Assembly: GCA_964016885.1 (NCBI GenBank) | Contig: OZ024748.1 | Coordinates: 54,250,001 to 54,314,000, forward strand | Length of the DNA: 64,000 bases | Direction of reading: 5' to 3' | From: Eledone cirrhosa | Taxonomy: Eukaryota | Part shown: piece by piece, positions 54,341 to 64,000 of the stretch | How the letters are laid out: each line of letters begins with the position of its first letter | How positions within the stretch are numbered: the first letter of the stretch is position 1 | Notes under the pieces: model-generated | The model's database searches: none | What the model was told of the DNA's origin: nothing | The model's input: only the letters and a program-made list of their open reading frames with translations | Position numbers and translations under genes: made by a program

Positions 54341-54576
54341 AATATGGTTTTATAAATATAGTTTCCATTTATTAATATATATATATATACAAGTGGAAGC
54401 TTAGTAAAATCGAAGCTTTGGCTGTGGTCAAGCAAAGTCGACCTACAATAAGGAATGAGTAGCAAAGCACTCCTTAGAGTAATAACATTACGTTTAAATA
54501 GCTTGACAAATTGAAAATTGCGGTAGGCAAAACCCAACCATACTATATACCAAAACAATGAAAGAACTAATCAGGT

Positions 54577-54626
<50 letters not shown>

Positions 54627-54632
54627 CACTCA

Positions 54633-54698
<66 letters not shown>

Positions 54699-54968
54699 TA
54701 GTGAGACTACACTCTGCTTAAAAAAAAATTAGGGTTTAGCTTTGACTGAAATACATGGTAGGTATGGTGAAGCATAGAGCTAAACAGGGGAGCATCTACG
54801 TGGGGCCCTGAACCTGTTTTAAATATAAGCTAGATCTCCTTTAAATGACTTCCTACAGTCCTTTAGATATACAATATGGCTCAGTAAAACTGGATGGTGA
54901 AAGCTGAACACACGAACTTCTTTTAAGTGACTATATGCACATTATAATGTATATGTACATGTGTAGCT

Positions 54969-55036
<68 letters not shown>

Positions 55037-55118
55037 GAGTGAGGGGAAGGGGTGCATACGTATATATAGATTACATATACATTTCCTGTTGCTTGTGGAA
55101 ACACGTGTTTTTTACATC

Positions 55119-55204
<86 letters not shown>

Positions 55205-55658
55205 TGTGTGTGCGCGTACGTCCTGTGTTTACTATTGTGTTGAAACTTGTGCATATACTTCCACACACACACACATGTATGTATATGCGTGTGTATGTTT
55301 ATTATAAATATGTGTAACTGCTAGCTGCCGTCTATGATGCATGTTTCATTTCTCTGCACTTCCTCCTTACATTGTTGTGTGTGCACAGTGCAGGTGCACC
55401 GTAGCTACTTGCTGCACATCACACACATCGCCTGCATATCGGTGTTTGATGTGTGTAAAGGATAAGTCTGTGTGTGGTGTCTGTACAACCTGCAAATAAC
55501 AACGGAATTCCGTGTAGCCTAGCATTATGTTTGTGTTCAGCAACCCATGGAGGTTTTTATAGCACTTTAGCTTCTACATGCTACAATATTGAACGGACAT
55601 AGCTCTATTTCGCCACACACCTCATATACTTACACATACACACACACACATGTATGTC

Positions 55659-55698
<40 letters not shown>

Positions 55699-55718
55699 CA
55701 CACACACACATGTATGTC

Positions 55719-55773
<55 letters not shown>

Positions 55774-55807
55774 GTGTGTATTATATATATATATGTGTGT
55801 GTGTGTT

Positions 55808-55846
<39 letters not shown>

Positions 55847-55990
55847 CCGTTTTACGTGTGTTGTGTTCAATAAAATAACTATGTGTATACTCTGGGAATG
55901 TATCTTACATTGCCTATTGAGTACGCTGAGATACAACCGGTACTGGCATTGATAAATAGGCTGGGTCCGTCAACTCCTTATTATATATAT

Positions 55991-56054
<64 letters not shown>

Positions 56055-56182
56055 ATTCTTTCACTGGTTTCCCTCACTGGACTATGGCCATGCTGGGGCA
56101 CACGACTTCAAGGATCTTTTTCGATTCCAATATTTGTTTTATCGTTTTGTATTTTAACAATTGTTTCTTGTTGCAAAACAGT

Positions 56183-56239
<57 letters not shown>

Positions 56240-57029
56240 ACACCACAGCATCCGTCTACCAATTTCCAGCTACCAGCCAATCTGTTTAACCCGGCACTAG
56301 CAGAAGACATTTGCCCAATGTGGGATACTATTACGGTTGGGTGCTATCGGCAGGGAATCAAACGAATGACATTATTATTTTTTATTATTATTATTGAAGA
56401 AATGTTTTATTTTAGATTGTTATTTATTTTTTTTACGTTTATTTCTTATTAGTGTTCAAACCACATTGACTTACCCTTTCGTTTTTCCGAGATTGATAAA
56501 ATGAGTTTTACTTTAGAAACAGAAGCCGCTGTCCCCAACATGATCACGCCAGAAAATATACAGCGCGTTTATATATACATACATACGTACATACTTAAAT
56601 AGATACATACATACATACAGGTTTCGAGTACTCTTTTGAGTAATTGTATACTATTGTGGTCGTAAACTGGCTCTATCTCGATTAATAGTATATGTATGTA
56701 TATATCTATATATATATTATATTATATTATATGTGTGTACGTGTGTGTGTGCGTATAACCACAAGTAGTTAAATAACTATTTTATTGATCTGTATTCATC
56801 GAATACGTTTTATATTTTTACATAAAGGGACGCAATTCGGTGCAAATATAGATTTGTGCGTTTGCGTCCAAACTAGTGGGCTTCGCACTATATATGGAAC
56901 GTCGTTCCGTATGGTATATATGTGTGTGTTTGTGTAATAGAAAGTGACAGACTGGCTAAGATATACGCTAACACATACTTATATATATGTACACGTTAAG
57001 TAAGGTATGCAGTGAGATAATGTGTGAAA

Positions 57030-57245
57030 GTGGTCTAGTGGTTAGGGTGTTGGACTCGTGATCCCTAAGGTTGGTGGTTTGGTTCTTGGAGCAGACAACG
57101 TGTGTTCTAGAGTAAGATACATCATTTCACGTTGCTGTTCATGATAGAAGGTTGGAGACCCTGCCATTAAAACAGCCATGAGACATGCGACTATATGCAA
57201 CATCATAGGAATCCAGCTAAGCCTGTATAGGTGTGAGTTGTAACA
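57030..57245 (+). mobile_element. SINE family B with the third tail type
   Basis: TGGTCTAGTGGTTAGGGTGTTGGAC head, CORE-like segment, tail as at 26170. Confidence 0.65.
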
Positions 57246-57302
57246 AAACACATCCACACACACAAATATGTGTGTGTGTATATATATATATATATGTGTG
57301 AG

Positions 57303-57360
<58 letters not shown>

Positions 57361-57362
57361 AG

Positions 57363-57425
<63 letters not shown>

Positions 57426-58327
57426 ATATAAAGTCTGCGGTGCCGAGACCAGGGGGAACACAAATCAGGTTAGCACTCTATGCTTGGAAAGAAGCAGACC
57501 AAATATGTATATGTTTTCGTTCAAAAGTTAGCAAAATCAACACAACGGATATATAAACATATATAAGACAAATACAAGACTGGATGGCCCTTATTACTAA
57601 AACACCTGAGAAACCCCATATGATATGTAACCTCATAGGAGACCAGCTAAACCTGCATTAGGTGTGAGCTGTAAATTTTATTTCATTTTCATTTCAAACA
57701 TTTACAATAGCTGTCTGTATAATATACTGTGACACACTGACATACACAGACAGACGGACAGACAGAAGAACCAACTGACCAGCCAGCCAGCCAAATAACC
57801 AGCCAGCCAGCCAACCAACTGTTCAGCCAGGTAGACAGCGAGACAAAAGTGATTGATTGTATTTAAACCGACAAAGTATGTAGGTAATTAGTCGGTTACT
57901 GATTGGTAAATAGTTTGTTTTTACTATATCAGTTGTTTAATAGTTGTGGTTTCGAACCCATGTAATTAGCTGAGGAAGACACTTTAAAACTACGTTGCCT
58001 TAACTGCTGGCGTTGTAGTTATCACAACCACCACCACCACCTTATTGTTGACACTCTTCTTCTTTTTCTTTTTCTTTTTCTTTTTCGTCTTCTTCTTGAT
58101 CTTCTTCTTCCGCCGCCTAGGAGCAAGGCATGAACGTCACAACAATGATATATCCTATGCCTTTGTGTTGTTTCTCAGTCTCTCTCTGTCTCCTCTTTCC
58201 ACACACATACACATGTTTGTGTGTGTATACACACAGAGACGCACATACACACATGAAGTAAGAGGTATATTTATATGTATGTATGTATGTATATATATGT
58301 GTGTGTATATATATACATACATATATG

Positions 58328-58389
<62 letters not shown>

Positions 58390-58396
<7 letters not shown>

Positions 58397-58510
58397 CTTA
58401 CACTATGTGTGTGTATGTATATTATAATATATACCTCTTACTATATGTGTGTGTGTGTATGTATATTATATATATATATATATACACCTCTTACTATATG
58501 TGTGTGTATG

Positions 58511-58548
<38 letters not shown>

Positions 58549-58642
58549 CTTACACTATGTGTGTGTGTGTATGTATATTATATATATATATATATACCTC
58601 TTACTATATATGTGTGTGTGTATGTATATTATATATATATAT
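58390..58642. repeat. Compound minisatellite (cctcttac(a)ctatgtgtgtgtatgtatatta(ta)n) x5
   Basis: Direct reading. Confidence 0.85.
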
Positions 58643-58940
58643 AAACACAGCTTACATATTACCCAACCAACAGTTGGTGTTGTTAAATTGTATTTAAGGT
58701 GGAAGCTGTGGAGTGTTATAGTGTTAGCGGTGGGGAAGTACTAATTAGAAAGTTACGAGATTGGACTGCTTGTTGGGGGTAGCAATTAACCGAATCTGTT
58801 CGGATCTTTTTCTTATTCATTCATTCATTCACTCAGTCATAGTCCTCTATCCTGCTGTCCAAATAGTTGTAGTGGAGTTATGTCAATGACCAGGTCGCAG
58901 ACAGTGTGCCGAAAATGTTGACACCAAGAAATACATGCTT

Positions 58941-59016
<76 letters not shown>

Positions 59017-59178
59017 TCTCTCTCAAATAGAAACAACACAATTAGTTTAACGCTTGATATATTAGGAAACAAGTCTTTGCGTTTCATACACTAGCCCTTC
59101 ATCAGAAGTTAGAATAAAAAAAAAAAATAAAGGATGAAATAATAAAATAGAGACTAAGAAGAGAAAGGAACGGAAGAT

Positions 59179-59236
<58 letters not shown>

Positions 59237-59818
59237 TAAGAGAGTTTGTGTGTTTTACATGGCTAAAATGACTTCCATGCAGTAATTGGTTTTGCTTCAA
59301 CACGGTCTTCTAGCTAATCTGATCACATCATTGCACAAATGTATTTGGATAAACGGACCGTTTATTTCGTACATAGTATCAACAGCCAAAAGCGAACACA
59401 CTTTTGCGAAACCAACCTAGATTATATGACATCTATCTATCTATCTTATCTGTTTGTTTGTCTATGTATCTATATGTCTACCTTTCTATCTATGTATCTA
59501 TCTCCCGGGTTAGTTGTCTATCTACCTATCTATCTGCCTGTCAGTCCATCTCTTTATCGTTATGTATACCAAGCTTCCTGACCAAAAGGTCTATTCAGTC
59601 GAGTTTGTAACTACTGGCTAGGGTTCCACAATAGTGAAACGTAAATGCTCCTTAACCATTTAATTCATTTAACCCGTTAACGCTAATTCTTCTTATATAT
59701 ATATATATATATTTGTAACAGTGGTTCAACGAAAACAGTAGCATTCATCCCAGTAGAGAGAGGGGGAGGGCGAGATAGAGAGACAGCTTGAGCGAGAAAA
59801 ACAAAACAATTATGTATA

Positions 59819-59873
<55 letters not shown>

Positions 59874-60032
59874 ATACACATATACGTCCACATATGCGTG
59901 ATCACAGGAATATATACAAAGACATACGCTATAAAAAAAATATATCTTTACACACACATGCGTGATCACAGGAATATATATATACGTGCTTGTAGGAATA
60001 GATATGTACTCACACACAGACGTGATCATAGA

Positions 60033-60106
<74 letters not shown>

Positions 60107-60295
60107 CACATACGACCAGAGGATCTCACACTCTGACAAAAACCCATACGAATGCTTAGTTCCATTTCATACAGTTGAGTGCGCTTAAATACAAACTTAC
60201 GGCTTCCTTCACTCACACTCCTTAGCATACATGTAGACGCTCACTTGACTATACACACATATGTGTGTATATATATATACACACACATATATGTG

Positions 60296-60329
<34 letters not shown>

Positions 60330-60686
60330 CTGTTAAATTGGTACAGATATGAGAATACCGCCACCAACACAGGCATAATTACATAGTCACATAAAAGTGA
60401 CGCTGTACTAAGGAAAGGCCCTGGTACACACACACACACACACATATTTAGTCAAACTGAAAAGTTCGGCACGTGTGCACCTGATATCACATAGCCACGC
60501 ATTGATGAACATCTTTCATGCGCTTCGCTTCAGATTAACCGCCTCTAGAGTGTGACTTCGTATGTTTGCATATAGACTACCACACACACACACACACACA
60601 TACAAACACACACATAACTATATATGTGTGTTGATTTAACACTTCACTGCTCGCAAGTGTTTTTTAAGCTTCATATCATGTCTCCC

Positions 60687-60757
60687 TATTTTATCTGATG
60701 AGAACGCAAATATCATCCCATGATGATATTTGTTTTTGAAATGCGCATAATAAAAAA
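60687..60757 (+). ncRNA. Minimal type-I hammerhead ribozyme motif (Penelope-like-element type)
   Basis: TTTTAT-CTGATGA(60695)-16-bp stem II (gaacgcaaatatcatc/ccat/gatgatatttgttttt; 1 mismatch, 2 G-U)-GAAA(60738)-palindromic stem III ATGCGCAT-A|ATAAAA. Predicted cleavage follows AUA at 60749. Confidence 0.6.
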
Positions 60758-60910
60758 TACATGGAACTCTTTTAACCATCTTTTGATTTTATATTATATA
60801 TATATACACACACACACCTTCGGTTAATTTAGGAAGCATTAGGAACATTTGAAATTTAAAGATACGTTTGCTTTTTTGTGGGATGCGAAGCCACCACGAT
60901 ACAGATAACT

Positions 60911-61092
60911 ATAAATAATTTTCTACTTTTGGGCACAAGGCCAGCAAATACCAAGTATATTACTGGTACTTTATTTTTTCGACCCAGTAAGGATGAAAGG
61001 CAAAGTTAACCTCGGCGGGATTTGAACTCAGATCATAAAGGGACGTAACTATGCTAGAAAGCATGGCGTCTGACCCTCTACCGATACTGCCA
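60911..61092 (-). mobile_element. SINE family A, intact copy
   Basis: Highly similar to 28592-28757 and to 6352-6875. Confidence 0.8.
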
Positions 61093-61871
61093 AAATGGTT
61101 TTCAGTAAGTGGGTTAGAATATTGATTGGTATTTATCTTATCAAACGTAGCAAGATTTGAATACGGAAGGTAAATGGACGTAACTAAATATATCCAGTCT
61201 GTTAATTTTAATATTTCAGTTGGTCTCTGCGCGTTTGTCAATTGTGTTTTACCATAGCCCCAAATCGACGTTGGACTTGTTAAGTGAAATTGGCAGACGG
61301 AACCTCTTTGGAAGCCCATTTGACCGACTGTACCTGTAATTCAAAAGGGACAGCTGAATCTCCACGAGAATTACGTACACGTGTCTGTGGAATGCTTAGC
61401 TACTTGTACATTAATTTCATAATCAGGTTGTCCTGTTGATCGAACATCTGGAACACTCATCTTCGAAACAGACGGAGTTCCATTGTAATATTGGTTTTCT
61501 ATAAACCTTACTGTTGTGAATGTGCTTCCTATATTGTTAAACGTTAAATGTAGATATCAGATTCAACTGGCCTGGAATTTGTTTTGTAAACTTTACACTT
61601 TATTTCCTCCCATATGGAATTTTAAGATAAGTTTGCTTTTTTGTGTAGGGGTGGGGGTTGAATCCGCCACTATATAGATAACTAGCTTTCTCATCACCAC
61701 CACCACTCACCACTCACCACTACAGCTATCACCACCTCCATCACTGACAAAAACCACCACCACAACAACAACAAACATCGTAAGAACAGCTCAATACTCT
61801 TAATCTCTGATTAATTGTTAAATTGACTGCTTACCATATAAAACCTCTCTCTGTCTCAAACACACACATAT

Positions 61872-61912
<41 letters not shown>

Positions 61913-63161
61913 TTATATATGAAAGAGAGAGAGAGAGAGAGACTAGATATTGTTAATTGAATCTAGTAAGACCGTTTTACCGTCGAAACTGTTTAAGCTT
62001 GGCCGGAGAGCTTATGTCCTACAATAAAAATCACTCTCACACACACACACATGACTTTTAATTCTTAGTTCGATTAGAATACAATAAAATATCTTGGTCA
62101 TTATATTGAAATACTTCAAAATTTGCCAACGAAGCTTGGTTTCCTACATCAAACAATAACAAGAGAAGTTCTATTCATTAAGCATAAAATGAAGAACCAT
62201 TACCGAATATCTGTTCGTTTTTTTTTTTATTTGATTTTTCTTATTCTAACTCGTTGTTTTGCTTTATGTGCAATTTTGTTTTTCTTTTTTCAACGAATAG
62301 GTCACTGCCAATTGCTTTATATATATATAAATATATATAACTCTCCGGGTTTTAGGTGACAGCTCTCAATGCGGACTTACGTTCTTTGTTTACGTTCGAG
62401 TCCTCAATAGCTGAATGGCGTGCACCAGATGATATATAAAGAAACTGTTAGTTACGGTAGTATTAATTAATTAATGGTAACACTGCACAGCAGGGGTTTA
62501 ATATCTCATGCAACCCACCGCAAGTGAATGATGCTCAGCACATAATATATAAAGAAATAGAGACTCGAATATAGGAAAATTACATAGATAAATAAAATAC
62601 CCCAAAATGAGGTAAGTAATATCATTTTAGTTCAAATCTGCCACCTACTGTAATGGTGTCTTTCGTGTTTTCATTGTCGTTAAAGTAAGTACCAGCCAAT
62701 TAAATTAAAAACCTTGCCAACATTTTTGTGGCTCGTGTCAGTTTTAAGGAATTGTGGTAGCGAAGTTGGAGAAGCTGTGCAGTGCCGGATTAAAGTGCCT
62801 CATTCAAAATTCTGTCCGGAGAAATTGTAGAGTAATAATCATTTCACCCTTGTGAGTATTGATCATGAATTGGTAGTTAATCGTTGTACTCCATTTTCAT
62901 GTCCTCGTAGTCCTGTGACAATGGGAAAAAATCAATACAAATCAACAACAGCAATTACTAATACAGGTTAAATCTGAACAAACTTCGAATCAGAACATTG
63001 CCTGACTACGGAAAAGGAAAAAAATTACATATTAGCCCGTAAGATGAGAGGCAATTTAAGACTGCATGGGGAAATGGGGTCGAAATTTTCATCGAATACC
63101 TTGTGTGTTATTTATGGTAGTAAACAATATTGATTTGGGTTCTTGATTACAACCCAGTTAG

Positions 63162-63325
63162 CAATGCCGGATTTAGGACAAATGAGGCCGTGCTAGTTAA
63201 ATTATGAAGCCACTTACTTGGGCCCTGAAGGAGGTAAAACATTTGTTTGGTAGGACGATGAACCCCTCCCCTGGCCAACGGGGCCCTGTGCTTTAGCACA
63301 CCTAAGCATAATGTTAGTCAGTTAC
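63162..63325. mobile_element. Possible hAT-type MITE
   Basis: CAATGCCGGATTTAG start and internal GGGCCC repeats; the right TIR is decayed. Confidence 0.4.
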
Positions 63326-64000
63326 CATCCCGTCTTAATCCACAACTGCGTAAGAGAAGTCTCCATATTTCCTTCGAAGGTGTTTATACACAGATACAAA
63401 TAGGCACTCGCAAACACACACACACACACTCTCTCTCTCTCTCGCACACACACATTTGTGATCGGATTCAGTGGACAACCGTAAGCAAGCAAACAAGCGA
63501 AGTATATTCACTAAAACATTATGTAGATAGATAGATGAACCGATAGATAAATATACAGATATGTAGATAGATAGATAGACACATACACAGATAGATAGAC
63601 ACATACACAGATAGATAGCTAACTAGATAGGTAGACAGACATACTAAAAGAAGAGAAAGAAATTGATAGATGAATAGAATAAAGGAGAAAAGATATAAAT
63701 AGATAGATAGATAGATAAAGGTTGAGAAAGTATATCATCACCATTCGAAACATCCGGCTCTCACTTCAGAAAACATCCCGTATTTCTCTGATTCGAACAA
63801 ATTTGACAGAAAAACAAAGTTGCTTGGTTTTCTGTAAAAAGTTTAACTCATTCCATGATTGTTTCTCTCCCTTCGCCACCTCTGTTTTTTTCTTTTTTGT
63901 TATTTTATTGTCTTGACTTTTTAACTTAAGTTTTTATGTAGTAAAAAAAAAAAAAAGAAGGAAAAAAAACTAGACGTAAAATAAAGAGAGGAAGAAATAA

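Noticed and set aside
61963-61995. CTAGTAA-GACCG..CCGTC-GAAAC hammerhead-like relic
   Set aside because: Three mismatches in the 7-nt core and no stem I or III.

Overview
This is eukaryotic, AT-rich genomic DNA saturated with micro- and minisatellites. The repeat families and composition suggest a mollusc, probably an octopod cephalopod (inference). Only one real coding segment is visible: a 3,277-nt exon (31748-35024, + strand; ATG at 31802, phase-1 CAG|GTAAGC donor) encoding the N-terminal ~1,074 aa of a ZFHX3/ZFHX4 (ATBF1/Zfh2)-family zinc-finger homeobox protein. The homeodomain exons are not in the window, so the flanks are probably very long introns. Nearly all other ORFs in the track are translated simple repeats. 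The flanks contain several SINE families, TTAA (piggyBac-type), Tc2-type and hAT-type MITEs, and decayed RTE and CRE-like retrotransposon fragments. Most notable observations: (1) two related sense-strand minimal type-I hammerhead ribozyme motifs with palindromic stem III, plus relics, in the downstream intron; (2) three upstream AUGs, one per frame, in the 54 nt before the start codon, and an exon layout that would give a closed ORF if back-spliced; (3) a 45-bp-arm fold-back and an inverted SINE pair just before the 3' splice site; (4) a candidate 59-nt poison exon; (5) nested and modular SINEs. No CRISPR array, rRNA or tRNA gene was found, and no wholly new system can be established from the sequence alone.
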